DNA from: Longimicrobiales bacterium
GTDB taxonomy: Bacteria > Gemmatimonadota > Gemmatimonadetes > Longimicrobiales > Gaopeijiaceae
Assembly: GCA_965204735.1 (NCBI GenBank)
Contig: OZ242008.1
Location: 3,424,001 to 3,488,000 of the forward strand
Length of the DNA stretch: 64,000 nucleotides
Direction of reading: 5' to 3'
Each line of letters begins with the position of its first letter. Positions within the stretch are counted from its first letter, which is position 1. Under the pieces are notes generated by a model. It saw only the letters and a program-made list of their open reading frames with translations. It was not told where the DNA came from and ran no database searches. The position numbers were made by a program, and so were the translations under genes. Below are positions 50,572 through 60,553 of the stretch, piece after piece.

Positions 50572-51954
50572 ATGACTCAGCTCGACTCCTCGACAACGCA
50601 GCCCCAAGCCCGTCCGGCCTCCTACCGCTTCGCCTGCTTGACCCTGCTCGCAGGGGCGCTCCTTCTCGGCAGCTGCAGCCAGCGCGACATCCTCTACGAC
50701 CAGAACAGCGACCTCTTCGTGTACGGCGTGCGGTTCTGGAACGGATCGGCCGCCAACATGGGGTCCGGCCCGTCGCTGCTCCAGTTCGCCGAGGGGCGGA
50801 TGGTGTCGCTCATCCCCATGCGCGACACGGCGGAAGTGTTGCGCATGGCCCGGAAGCGGCGCGCAGAGGCCGTGGACGCCACCGGGCTGTTCATGATACC
50901 CGGGCTGGTGAACTCCCACGGCCACGTCGGCAGCACATGGCGGGAGGACTCGGGAGTCGACTACGCCGACTACGTGACCGCCGAGCTGGAGCGCTACGCC
51001 CGCTTCGGCGTGACCACCGTGGTGAGCCTGGGGGGCGCTCGGCCGCCGGCGTTCGATCTCCGGGACGCCAGCTGGGGCGAGGGAAGCTTGGGGCGGGCGC
51101 GCTTGCGGCTGGCGGGTCAGGTCGTTGTCGGCGAGACGCCGGAGGAAGCCGTCGTCGCCGTGGACCAGGCCGCGAGCGCCGGCGCAGACTGGATCAAGAT
51201 CCGCGTCGACGACAACCTGGGAACCGTCCCCAAGATGCTGCCGGACGTCTACCAGGCCGTCATCGAGCGCGCTGCCGAGCATGAACTCCGGGTCGCGTCC
51301 CACTTGTTCTACGAGGAAGACGCCAAGGGGCTGCTGCGCGCCGGGACCGGGCTGGTCGCCCACAGCATCCGAGACGCGGACGTGGACGACGAGACGATCC
51401 AGCTCTTCCTGGAAACCGGCGTCTGCTACGTCCCCACCCTCACGCGCGAGGTGTCGGCGTTCGCCTACGGGGAGCGCCCGGCGTTCCTGGACGACCCCTT
51501 CCTGACCCAGGACGTGGACTCGGCCCAGGTGCGGGCGATGACTCACCCGCAACGCCAGGAGCGGTTCCGCCAGTCCCCCCAGACGGCTGCGTACCGGGAA
51601 GCGTTGCAGGTCGCCCAGCGCAACCTGAAGCGGCTGGCCGACGCCGGCGTCACGATCGCCTTCGGCACGGACTCGGGTCCGATCGGCCGCTTCCAGGGCT
51701 ACTTCGAGCACATGGAGCTCGAGCTGATGGCGGAGGCCGGGCTGACCCCGAAGCAGATACTCCGCTCGGCGACGGAGAAGGCGGCGCAGTGCATGGGGCT
51801 GGACGGCGTGGGAACGCTCGAGCCCGGCCGAGGCAGGCTGGTCCCGGGAAATCGGGCGGACTTCATCCTGTTGCGGGCGAACCCGATGGACGACGTGCGC
51901 AACCTCCGCGAGATAGAGTCGGTGTGGGTAGGCGGAAAGCCGATCAGCCGATGA
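50572..51954 (+). CDS. Amidohydrolase family protein (probable lipoprotein)
   Basis: PGLVNSHGH, GVTTV, AFGTDSG, ADFILL. Confidence 0.88.
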   Translation: MTQLDSSTTQPQARPASYRFACLTLLAGALLLGSCSQRDILYDQNSDLFVYGVRFWNGSAANMGSGPSLLQFAEGRMVSLIPMRDTAEVLRMARKRRAEAVDATGLFMIPGLVNSHGHVGSTWREDSGVDYADYVTAELERYARFGVTTVVSLGGARPPAFDLRDASWGEGSLGRARLRLAGQVVVGETPEEAVVAVDQAASAGADWIKIRVDDNLGTVPKMLPDVYQAVIERAAEHELRVASHLFYEEDAKGLLRAGTGLVAHSIRDADVDDETIQLFLETGVCYVPTLTREVSAFAYGERPAFLDDPFLTQDVDSAQVRAMTHPQRQERFRQSPQTAAYREALQVAQRNLKRLADAGVTIAFGTDSGPIGRFQGYFEHMELELMAEAGLTPKQILRSATEKAAQCMGLDGVGTLEPGRGRLVPGNRADFILLRANPMDDVRNLREIESVWVGGKPISR

Positions 51955-52009
51955 TCGGAGGAGCGATCAGGCGCGTCTGGCCGCCGAGACGCACGCGCCA
52001 GGAGATGTG

Positions 52010-53032
52010 TCAGCTCGTCAGCACCCGCACGGCGTCGTCGAGGGACTTCCGCAGGTCCAGCGACAGCGACCGCAACAACCACGCCGGGTAGCGCCCGTAT
52101 TCGTCGGCGTGCGCGGCTGCAGTAATCAGCCGGCATGCCCCGCGGACGCCCATGATCAAGTTGTACGCCCATCGCGACTCCATGCTCGGCATCTTGCGGC
52201 TGGGGCGGACGAGCACTGTCAGCAGGGCCTCCCGAGAATCGCCCAGGCTCGCAGACTCCAGCCGGGCAGCACGGGCCAAGCGCTCGGCAAGCCTTACCAG
52301 ATCATTGGCCGACTTCGCATCCGCCAAGCGCCAGATTCGACCCACCAGGGTAGGGCCCCTGGCCGTACTCGGTCGGTAGTACCTCGGGTTTTTGACGACA
52401 GCCAACTTCTCTTCGACGGCAGTCAGCAGTTCACCGTAGGAGGCCGCTTTCGCGGGCCTGTCCCGGCATTCGTCGAGAAAAGCACCGACTAACCGCGGGG
52501 CCGCGTCCAGCCCGGCCCTGAACCGTCTTAGCAGCACCCGGTCCAACTCGAAGAGCAAACGACAAAGCTCGCCTGTGTCGACTTCGGACAAGGGTACCGC
52601 GGCCCGCATCGTCAGGTCGGTAACCGACACGTCGACCAGCTGTCCCGGCGACACCGGGAACCACTCCGGCAGGTGAAGCGGCGACGTGCTGACGGTCAGC
52701 TCGAAGCGCTTTCGCGACACAACAACCACGTCGAGCGAGCCGGTCGCTTGAACCAAGCCCTTCAGAGGCGGTGCGAGCATCTCGTCCTTGATCTCCTCAA
52801 GCGTACTCGCCAGATCGTCCACGATCATGTCGGGATGCGTGAAGCGCTTGGCCCGGGGAGAAACTGAACAAACCGCCTCCTCCGACGTCAGAAGCTTCAT
52901 GGCCGCGACGAACGCGCTTCGGCCACTAGGTTCGGTCTCGTGAGTCGCCGTAACCCAGTAGAACCGGAGCGGCTCCTCCGGCCCTCGCCGGCGCAACCGC
53001 ATTTCCTGAACGATGTCGCGTGGCTTGATCAT
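52010..53032 (-). CDS. Hypothetical protein, partner of the upstream NTPase
   Basis: 340-aa ORF with GGAGG RBS, 28 nt after the NTPase stop. Confidence 0.7.
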   Translation of the reverse strand: MIKPRDIVQEMRLRRRGPEEPLRFYWVTATHETEPSGRSAFVAAMKLLTSEEAVCSVSPRAKRFTHPDMIVDDLASTLEEIKDEMLAPPLKGLVQATGSLDVVVVSRKRFELTVSTSPLHLPEWFPVSPGQLVDVSVTDLTMRAAVPLSEVDTGELCRLLFELDRVLLRRFRAGLDAAPRLVGAFLDECRDRPAKAASYGELLTAVEEKLAVVKNPRYYRPSTARGPTLVGRIWRLADAKSANDLVRLAERLARAARLESASLGDSREALLTVLVRPSRKMPSMESRWAYNLIMGVRGACRLITAAAHADEYGRYPAWLLRSLSLDLRKSLDDAVRVLTS

Positions 53033-53060
53033 CGCCGCCCGCCTCCCCCCTGACCTCTGC

Positions 53061-55460
53061 TCACGCCTGCGCTGGCTGCACGGACGCCGCCAGTCTTCCC
53101 AACGTCCCGATCTTGACGCTCACCTGATCGTCGGACACGCGAAGGAAGTTGGCCTGCGACGCTGTCCTGAGGATCTCGTTTGCATCCGGCAGCTTCCCTG
53201 GGGTCGGGATGCGGTCCATGATCTCCGCAAAGTCGCTGCGCGAAACAGCCAAGTCCGAGTGATTCGTCGTCGCGATCTGCCGGAGAACCCAGTAGACGGT
53301 GTACAACCACCGATTCGAGCGATAACCCTCTTCGCTCATCGCCTGTCTGGCCGCCTCGCGAAAGAAGTTGTAGTCCCGGTAGAGCGTGAGCTGGTCGAAG
53401 CCGAGCTTCTGCTCCTGAAAGGACCGAAAATGCTTGCTGCGGAGACGCAGGCCCCGAAGCGGTCGCTGCTGCTCAATCAGCCAGTCTACAAACACACACA
53501 GCACGTTCGCCGTGAGAAACGGGTGGCCGGCTGTCTCGCGATAGAGCGCATCCAAGAAGCGTGGGCTTACTTCAATGCGGTCGGAGAGTATCTTTCCAAC
53601 CAGCAGTGCAAACTCGCCCGCACCGGTCCCCCTGATGTGCTCGAACAAAGGAAAGGGATCCTGTTCGACGTAGGGAGCCAGCTGGTTCTGGTCCATGAAG
53701 ATGAAGTGCGCGTCCGGCTGTTGGCCCAGGAAAACCAACAAGTTGTCGCGGGCAAACTCCACAAGTTGGTTGAGAAGGGGCTGAACGATGGTGTAACGCA
53801 GGAGGCTGTTGTCCGTGGCGGCGGCGTGCAGATATCCGAACAAGGTCTCGTATTCGTCGACGACAAAGACGATCCGTTGGTCGTCCTCCACGGGCACGGG
53901 CGCGCACTCCTGAACAATCTTTACCACGAAATCGTTGGTAATCGGAGTCTTCGATGCCATGGCCTCGCAAACCTTGTCGTAGAACAGGCGTCCGTGCGGA
54001 GTCGGATCGGTTCCACATGTCTGAGGGACTATCGCGGAGTCGCCTGCAGTGAAGTCAAGATCGAAGCATGCGGTAGTCTTGCCGCTACGTCTGACGCTGC
54101 ACCACAGCCGCACGCCGTTTTTGCGGTCGAACGTCCGAAGCAAGCCGCGCACGCTGGTGCGCTGGACATGGTAGAACTTTGCCTTGGCCGGTTCACGCAA
54201 GGGAAACTCTCGTGCGATGTTGTACGGCGTCGCCTGTGCGAGCCTGCTGCGCATCGCATAGATCTCTCGATCCCATGCGTGCACCGCAGCTTGGACGACA
54301 TCTTCTTGCGACACACCTGCTCTGACCACCACGTCGACCAAGCGAGGACTCGAGGACACGTGTGCCGCAACGTCGGGCGGCAAGGGTGCAACGACAAGCG
54401 CAACTCTGTTCGCCAGCGCTTCGTCGAGAACATACGGCGTAACGTGTTCATAACCCAAGTAGGCGTGCGCTTCGATCGCATGGCGCGCGGTCACGGATGG
54501 GGGTGTTCGCACGCCGATCTCGAACCGGCCTAGCGGATCAACGTAGCGACCGAAGATGGGAAGCGGATAGTAATCCTCGTGGTCCTTGCAAATCAACTGC
54601 TCAAGCGACTCAAGCAAGGGAATCACTGCTCGACGAAGGCGATCGGCTACGTCATCGCCGGCAATAAGGTCGGCGACGATGTTCGCCGTGGCAGGCTCCA
54701 GGAACGCCAGATAGTGAGTGAGTCGTCTGAAGTGGCGTGGAAGTACTGCAACGCCTGGGCCGTCGTCGAACTTGACTGCCCCATACCCCTGGACGATGCC
54801 AAGCAACGCCGACGAAAAGAGGCTTCGAAGAGCCTGTACCGAATCTCTGTCGACGGCGTCGGACGACCGTGCGGAGTAGTATGCAAGGGGAAGCTCGAGA
54901 AACCGCACTAGTCCGCCCACGGACTTATGCATCGCCGTAGATTGCCCCACGCGCTCCACTTGAAATCCGTAGCCCTTGGAGAATATGTCGCAAGCGTGTT
55001 CGTGCAGCAACAACCGAACGGAAGCTGCATAGCACTCGCCCATTGGCCGGTGCTTCAGACGCGGGAGATAGATGTCGAAATGACGTGTCAAGCACGCAGT
55101 GTAGTGACTCGACCACTGGAATATGTGGTGCTTGGAGAGTGTTGCGAGGTCCCGCCGAAATGCGTCTTCCTCGGGCAAGCCGCCGGGAACCGCTTGGACA
55201 GCGTCCGGCTTGTAAAGATCGCTGGCGGTCTCTTGAACAAGAGAGGGCACGGCAGTCTTCTGGTCTACAAGCTTGAGCAGCTCTCGGCGGCGCTTGGGCT
55301 GAAACTTCTCTATCGTCTTGAGAAGATCGGCCCGCCAAGACGAGAGGGCGGTATCGCTCATCTGCCGAATGAGGTCGGTCAGTAGTCGCTGCGGCTCCTT
55401 CGCACTGCCTTTGGCCAGCAGGTTCTCGACGTTCCTAAGGGTTTGTTCTGGCGTTGCCAT
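53061..55460 (-). CDS. Large P-loop NTPase (STAND-like) with uncharacterised N-terminal half
   Basis: Variant Walker A SVRRSGKTT, Walker B VFVVDEYE, YRETAGHPFL (GxP motif). Confidence 0.75.
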   Translation of the reverse strand: MATPEQTLRNVENLLAKGSAKEPQRLLTDLIRQMSDTALSSWRADLLKTIEKFQPKRRRELLKLVDQKTAVPSLVQETASDLYKPDAVQAVPGGLPEEDAFRRDLATLSKHHIFQWSSHYTACLTRHFDIYLPRLKHRPMGECYAASVRLLLHEHACDIFSKGYGFQVERVGQSTAMHKSVGGLVRFLELPLAYYSARSSDAVDRDSVQALRSLFSSALLGIVQGYGAVKFDDGPGVAVLPRHFRRLTHYLAFLEPATANIVADLIAGDDVADRLRRAVIPLLESLEQLICKDHEDYYPLPIFGRYVDPLGRFEIGVRTPPSVTARHAIEAHAYLGYEHVTPYVLDEALANRVALVVAPLPPDVAAHVSSSPRLVDVVVRAGVSQEDVVQAAVHAWDREIYAMRSRLAQATPYNIAREFPLREPAKAKFYHVQRTSVRGLLRTFDRKNGVRLWCSVRRSGKTTACFDLDFTAGDSAIVPQTCGTDPTPHGRLFYDKVCEAMASKTPITNDFVVKIVQECAPVPVEDDQRIVFVVDEYETLFGYLHAAATDNSLLRYTIVQPLLNQLVEFARDNLLVFLGQQPDAHFIFMDQNQLAPYVEQDPFPLFEHIRGTGAGEFALLVGKILSDRIEVSPRFLDALYRETAGHPFLTANVLCVFVDWLIEQQRPLRGLRLRSKHFRSFQEQKLGFDQLTLYRDYNFFREAARQAMSEEGYRSNRWLYTVYWVLRQIATTNHSDLAVSRSDFAEIMDRIPTPGKLPDANEILRTASQANFLRVSDDQVSVKIGTLGRLAASVQPAQA

Positions 55461-55469
55461 TGCATCGCC

Positions 55470-56294
55470 TCAACTGCTGAAGCCAGCCACCCTGCGCATC
55501 CTGCCGTCGCAAGCGGCCCGCACGTGGTTGAACCCCTCGACCGTTCCGCTAGGCCCCGTGGAGCGCCAACCGACCAGCGCCTCGCCCCGGCAGACGCGGA
55601 GCTCGCCCGCCGCCTCGATCTGCCACCCGGGCATGAAGCGGTGGCAGTTGTCGATGTGGAGGCTCAGGCTCTCGACGCCCCGGGCGACCGCCCACTCGTC
55701 GCGGAACTCCACGTCGTCGAAGCAGCACTCCCGGAGCGCCGCCAAGCGGTTGTCGGGGTCGGCCTCGTTCCAGGCTTCGAACCAGCGCTTAAGGGTGCGT
55801 TCCAGCCCGGCGGAGAGGTCGGCCCGGTTGGCCATGAGTTCCAGGCGGCCCAGATGGAAGCGCCAGCCGGCGTCGTGCTCCGCCGCGGCCGTGTCGGACG
55901 AGAAGCCGCCGTGGCGCAAGTCCACCTGGCATCCTTCGGCGGTCTCCCGCACCCGGAACTCCACCAGCGTCGAACCGGCGGGCACCGTCTGGGCTTGGGG
56001 ACCCTCCTCGGAACCCCAGGTGACGGCCAAGTGCATGGCCTCGGCGTCGAAGGCGGCGACCTCCCCGGCCTTCACGACGCCGAAGTTGGGGAAGTCCACT
56101 CGGAAGGGACTCCCGGCCCGAGCCTCGAAGGCGGCGGCGCCGTCCATCCAGCGCGAGAAGCCGTCGGGTTGCGACAGAATCGCCCATACGGTGTCGGGAC
56201 GAGCTTCGATCCCGATGGACCGCTCGATCGTCCGCGCGTCCTGCCGGTCGGGGGACTGCCGTGCGTCGTTCGTCAAGTTGTTGCTCCGTGTCAT
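55470..56294 (-). CDS. SRPBCC (AHSA1-like) + SnoaL-like domain protein
   Basis: IEARPDTVWAIL, STLVEF, HGGF...HDAGWRFHL; WFEAWNE second domain. Confidence 0.75.
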   Translation of the reverse strand: MTRSNNLTNDARQSPDRQDARTIERSIGIEARPDTVWAILSQPDGFSRWMDGAAAFEARAGSPFRVDFPNFGVVKAGEVAAFDAEAMHLAVTWGSEEGPQAQTVPAGSTLVEFRVRETAEGCQVDLRHGGFSSDTAAAEHDAGWRFHLGRLELMANRADLSAGLERTLKRWFEAWNEADPDNRLAALRECCFDDVEFRDEWAVARGVESLSLHIDNCHRFMPGWQIEAAGELRVCRGEALVGWRSTGPSGTVEGFNHVRAACDGRMRRVAGFSS

Positions 56295-56557
56295 CGAGCC
56301 GCGCCAGCGGCCCATCTGTTCGGCGTGTATGAACCAGGGTCCCACAAAGATAGGCAGACCGCCGTGCACCGCTAGCCCCAGTGGGCGCTGAAGCCGGGGC
56401 TCGTGGTTCTACCTCTCTCGCCCAACCGTCGCGTCTTGTCGCCCCTGCCATCCGGCGTTACCCTACGTGCGACCTCGGTCAAACCGGGCGACTCCACCAT
56501 CCGCCGCCCCCTTCGCTCCCGTCCGCGGTCTGTCCCCCCGATCTCGGCGACCAGTCC

Positions 56558-57667
56558 ATGCCGAACTCCACTCATCTGGAACGTCTGTCGATTCGCGGCT
56601 TCCGGGGCCTTGAGCACCTAGAGCTTGAAGACCTGCGCCAGCTCAACTTGATCGTCGGATACAACGACGTCGGCAAGACCTCGGTTCTGGAGGCTGCCAT
56701 GTTGCTCGCGGGCCCGGTACCGCAAGTGCTCACAGGGATTCAGAATCTACGCAAGCATGTTGTTCGGGTCGCGAGCGACATCGCGTTGCTCCTCCACCGC
56801 CTGGATCTTGACCAGCAAGTGGACATGTCCGCACTCACACCTCGAGATGAGCGTCGATTGACGGTCGCGGCGTCCAATGCCGCGCTCACGATTGACGCCG
56901 AATCACAGTTGCCCAGAAGAAGTGGCCACGAGGCCGACGCTCGTGCGGACATCGTGTCGAATTCGTCGGTCCTGCAGGCGACGGAATTCCACTACAAGAC
57001 CGTCATTCAGCCCCGTGGCGCGGGCGAACCCAGGACATTTCGTTGTAGACTTTCAGTAACCAACGCCGAGATCACGATGATTCCGACGACTGTTACGGGC
57101 GATCCCGGAGAAAGTATACTGTCGGCGAGGCTGCTGGTTCCTGGTCCCGGACATGAGGCCGAGTCGATCTCCGACGTACTGATCGCAAAGCGACAAGACG
57201 AACTGCTCGAATGCCTTCGTGCCATCAATCCATCCATATTGGGCATAGCGACCAAGAACGATATCGCGTATGTGGACATCGGCCTAGACGCCATGATTCC
57301 TCTTGGCATGTGCGGCAGCGGACTTGTACGTGCCGCCATGATCTTTGCGGTCTGCCTCGCGGGCGACGTGCAGATACTCTTGATCGACGAGATTGGCAGT
57401 GGACTTCATCACACGGCTGTTGGTCCCTTGATGGAGGCATTGTTGATAGTGTCTGAGCGACGAGACGTGCAAGTCTTCGTCACGACCCATAGCCTGGAGG
57501 TGCTGCGCTCCATTGAGGAGACTCTGGGCGACGACAAGCATGACCGCTTCCGGGACAAGACCGTGGCGTACGCTCTGGCCAGACGCCAGGACCGCTGCAT
57601 TAGCGCCTACAGATACGACTACGAGCAGTTCGCGCACGCCGTGTCGCGTGGGATTGAGATAAGATGA
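56558..57667 (+). CDS. AAA_15/AAA_21-type ABC ATPase
   Basis: IRGFRGL, GYNDVGKTSVLE, GSG, LLIDEIGSGLHH, VTTHS. Confidence 0.85.
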   Translation: MPNSTHLERLSIRGFRGLEHLELEDLRQLNLIVGYNDVGKTSVLEAAMLLAGPVPQVLTGIQNLRKHVVRVASDIALLLHRLDLDQQVDMSALTPRDERRLTVAASNAALTIDAESQLPRRSGHEADARADIVSNSSVLQATEFHYKTVIQPRGAGEPRTFRCRLSVTNAEITMIPTTVTGDPGESILSARLLVPGPGHEAESISDVLIAKRQDELLECLRAINPSILGIATKNDIAYVDIGLDAMIPLGMCGSGLVRAAMIFAVCLAGDVQILLIDEIGSGLHHTAVGPLMEALLIVSERRDVQVFVTTHSLEVLRSIEETLGDDKHDRFRDKTVAYALARRQDRCISAYRYDYEQFAHAVSRGIEIR

Positions 57668-57748
57668 CGGCATGGCACGTGTGCGTCCGGCCCGGGAACG
57701 CCGTCGCCGCTGGCGGTCGCGCCTCCGTGCTCGATCGTCCGAACCGCC

Positions 57749-58981
57749 TCACGGCAGCGCGTGCCGCTCTAGGTAGTGGAGCCCGTACTCGTCCATCCGC
57801 ACCAGGTAGGCCTTTCCGTCGCCGAAGCCGACTACGCGCCGTCCCGGAAGGAGCTCCACGACCAGCTGCCGCTCGCCGGAAGCGCCGAAGACGTGGTACG
57901 CCGGCGGGGCGTCGGCGCGCCCGCGCGTCCTCACCCACGCCCGCCCACTAGGATCGACCGGAATGCGGGAGCCGTAGAACGGCGGCAGCTCTTCCGGCCA
58001 CGAGTAGCTGTCCAGGTCCTGCTCGTCTTCGGTCGAGCCGCCTCGGCTCACGGAGAACTGGATGCTCCCGCTGCCGTCGGCGAACGCGGAAATGCTCATG
58101 CCTCCGCCGGTTTCGGCCCGGGCGTCCCGCCACGCCTCCTTCTCGGGCGTCCCGATGGCGAAGCGCTCGTACTCGACAGGCTCTCCGCTGGTCGTGGACC
58201 CGTCCGGCGCGATCCACTCCAGGTGGTAGTCGGCGACCCGAGCCACCACGACCCGCCCGTCCTCCGCCACTCCCCAGGCGTCGGCGGGCGACAACGGTAT
58301 CTGCGAGATCGACTCGCTGTTCTCCGTGCCGCTTCGCGTGGTGCCCGGCACCTTCACCCGGGCCACCGAGTCCACGCTCTCGGCCTCCAGGTCGAGGCGC
58401 AGCACGTAGGCGGAGTCCGACTGGAGGCCCGACATGCCGGGCATGCTCCGCACGTAGACGCGCCCCTCTCCGTCCACCGCCTGGGGAATCGCCATCACCA
58501 TGGTGCCCTGCATGAAGTCGCCCACCACGTAGGGACGGGTCTCGCCAAACTCCAGCTCCGGGCTCATCTCCGTGAGGCGCGTGTTCCCCAGGTCCACCAA
58601 GAGCGTCCTGCCGCCGGGCAGCGACCACACGGCGTCGGGCTGCTGGTACTCCTCGGGACCTTCGCCCACCGAGCCCAGAGTGTCGGCGGCGCCGGCGTCC
58701 ATATCCACCAGCAGCAGGACTTGGCCCAGAGGGTCGGCGACCAGCACGCGCCCGTCGGGCATCTCCCGCACGCTCTGCACGACCGAAAGGGCATGGTCGA
58801 AGACGGCCTCGGGCTCCGCCAGCCGCACGGCTCCCTGTCCCTCGCCGCCGACGGAAGCGACGCCGCACGCAGCGAGGAGCCCGACTGCCGCAGCGAGGAG
58901 CCCGACAGCCCCTGCCGCTCGTGCGCCTGCGGTGGCCCAGTGGGCGGAACGTCCAGCACTGTCCTTCGTCGCGTGTTCCAT
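57749..58981 (-). CDS. Lipoprotein, 6-bladed beta-propeller-like
   Basis: Lipobox LLAAC; DGRVLVAD, GEGPEEY, DEYGLHYLE. Confidence 0.72.
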   Translation of the reverse strand: MEHATKDSAGRSAHWATAGARAAGAVGLLAAAVGLLAACGVASVGGEGQGAVRLAEPEAVFDHALSVVQSVREMPDGRVLVADPLGQVLLLVDMDAGAADTLGSVGEGPEEYQQPDAVWSLPGGRTLLVDLGNTRLTEMSPELEFGETRPYVVGDFMQGTMVMAIPQAVDGEGRVYVRSMPGMSGLQSDSAYVLRLDLEAESVDSVARVKVPGTTRSGTENSESISQIPLSPADAWGVAEDGRVVVARVADYHLEWIAPDGSTTSGEPVEYERFAIGTPEKEAWRDARAETGGGMSISAFADGSGSIQFSVSRGGSTEDEQDLDSYSWPEELPPFYGSRIPVDPSGRAWVRTRGRADAPPAYHVFGASGERQLVVELLPGRRVVGFGDGKAYLVRMDEYGLHYLERHALP

Positions 58982-59148
58982 TGCGGCTGCTCCTTTGTCG
59001 TGCGAGTGGCCCTCCGAACGGCTCCCCGGCCTTGGTGCGATCCAGGGAGCCGCCGGAGCCGTTGCTCCCATGAAGCTACCGCGTCTTCAGCAGCCAGTCC
59101 CGGAAGACGGCGGCCACGGGAGCCGTCGGGCAGCCCGTCGCGCCGGCC

Positions 59149-59790
59149 TCAGCCCCCGCCGATCGAGCCCAGCGGCAGATTGACGGCCGCGTCGCAGGCG
59201 GTGCCCGACAGAGTGCCCCGGACGACCGCCACCGTGTCGGTCGACTCGACGCCCGGCAGTTCGACCTCCCCCGTCAGTTCCAGGTCCAGCGAGCATCTGC
59301 CCCGCCGGGCGGGAGAGTCGGTCTCCCAGTCGACGGCGCCGACGACCTCCCAGTCCAGCTCCGCCCGCTCAAAGTGGCCGGTGACCCTGACCTGGCCGCT
59401 CTGGCGCACGTCTGGCGCGCCGTTGACGGTGAAGGTCGCGCCCCGAGCCGTGAACTGGCAGTTCCGGGGCGTCATGACCAGATCGGAGCTCAGGACCAGA
59501 ACCGGGGCCACCGTGTCGGCGACGACCCTGCGCAACAAGCCTGCGGTGCCGCCCAGGGGGCAGTCGGCCGGCGGCGGGTCGACGACGGGGGTGGCGGCTG
59601 CGACGCCGGTCAGGCCGCCGACCACGGCCAACCCATCCACCAACGCCACGACCTCGGCGTCGGTCAGGGCGTTGTCGTCGGCCGGTCGGGCGGAGTCGTG
59701 GCAAGCCGCCACGGCCAGCAGGGTCAGGGCGGCCTGCAGCTCCAGGGAGACTCGAGTGCGTTTCCTGGACACTCGCGTGCGTTTGGTCAT
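59149..59790 (-). CDS. Putative lipoprotein, tandem paralogue A
   Basis: Lipobox VAAC; CPLGG, NCQF, GRCSL, GTACD. Confidence 0.72.
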   Translation of the reverse strand: MTKRTRVSRKRTRVSLELQAALTLLAVAACHDSARPADDNALTDAEVVALVDGLAVVGGLTGVAAATPVVDPPPADCPLGGTAGLLRRVVADTVAPVLVLSSDLVMTPRNCQFTARGATFTVNGAPDVRQSGQVRVTGHFERAELDWEVVGAVDWETDSPARRGRCSLDLELTGEVELPGVESTDTVAVVRGTLSGTACDAAVNLPLGSIGGG

Positions 59791-59795
59791 CACGG

Positions 59796-60419
59796 TTACC
59801 TCCCGCCGATCGAGTCCAGCGGCAGATTGACGGCCGCGTCGCAGGCGGTGCCCGACAGTGTGCCCCGGACGACCGCCACCGTGTCGGTCGACTCGACGCC
59901 CGGCAGTTCGACCTCCCCCGTCAGGTCCAGGTCCAGCGAGCATCTGCCCTGCCGGGCGGGAGAGCCGGTCTCCCAGTCCACGGCGCCGGCGATGTCGTAG
60001 TCGAACTCCACCCGCTCGAAGAAGCCGGTGATCGTCAGGTCGCCGCTCTGGCGCACGTCGGGCGCGCCGTTGGCGGTGAAGGTCGTGCCCCGAGCCGTGA
60101 ACTGGCAGTTCTGGGGCGTCACGACGGTCTCGGAGCTCAGGACCTGACCAGCCGCCGTGCTGTCGGTGGTGGCCGTGACCGAGAAGCCGACGGTCCCGCC
60201 CAGGGGGCACTGGACCACCGATTCGGCGGGCACGGGGGAGGCGGCATCGTCGCCGACCAGGCGGGCGACCACGGCCAGCCCGTCCACCAGGGCCACGGTC
60301 TCGGCTTCGGTCAGGGCGTCCTCGCCGGTCGGTGCGGTCGAGTCGTCGCAGACCGCGACGGCCATGAGCGCGATCAGCACGGCCAGCGGTCCCAGGGCGG
60401 TTCGCGTGCGTTCCTTCAT
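59796..60419 (-). CDS. Putative lipoprotein, tandem paralogue B
   Basis: Signal peptide ending AVAVC; same four Cys; near-identical C-terminus to paralogue A. Confidence 0.72.
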   Translation of the reverse strand: MKERTRTALGPLAVLIALMAVAVCDDSTAPTGEDALTEAETVALVDGLAVVARLVGDDAASPVPAESVVQCPLGGTVGFSVTATTDSTAAGQVLSSETVVTPQNCQFTARGTTFTANGAPDVRQSGDLTITGFFERVEFDYDIAGAVDWETGSPARQGRCSLDLDLTGEVELPGVESTDTVAVVRGTLSGTACDAAVNLPLDSIGGR

Positions 60420-60553
60420 CTCGCTTCCTCTTGTCTGGCGCTTCGGGTGTCGGGGACGGAGTTCCCCGACGCACACGTTCCTACCCGCGAGTTCGCCCAA
60501 GGTTCCCCGGCATCTTCCGTGGCCCCGGAGCCCGCCCCTCCGGCGCGAGCCTG

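Noticed and set aside
58869..58905. Duplicated GLLAA segment in a signal peptide
   Set aside because: Small in-frame duplication with no evident functional consequence.
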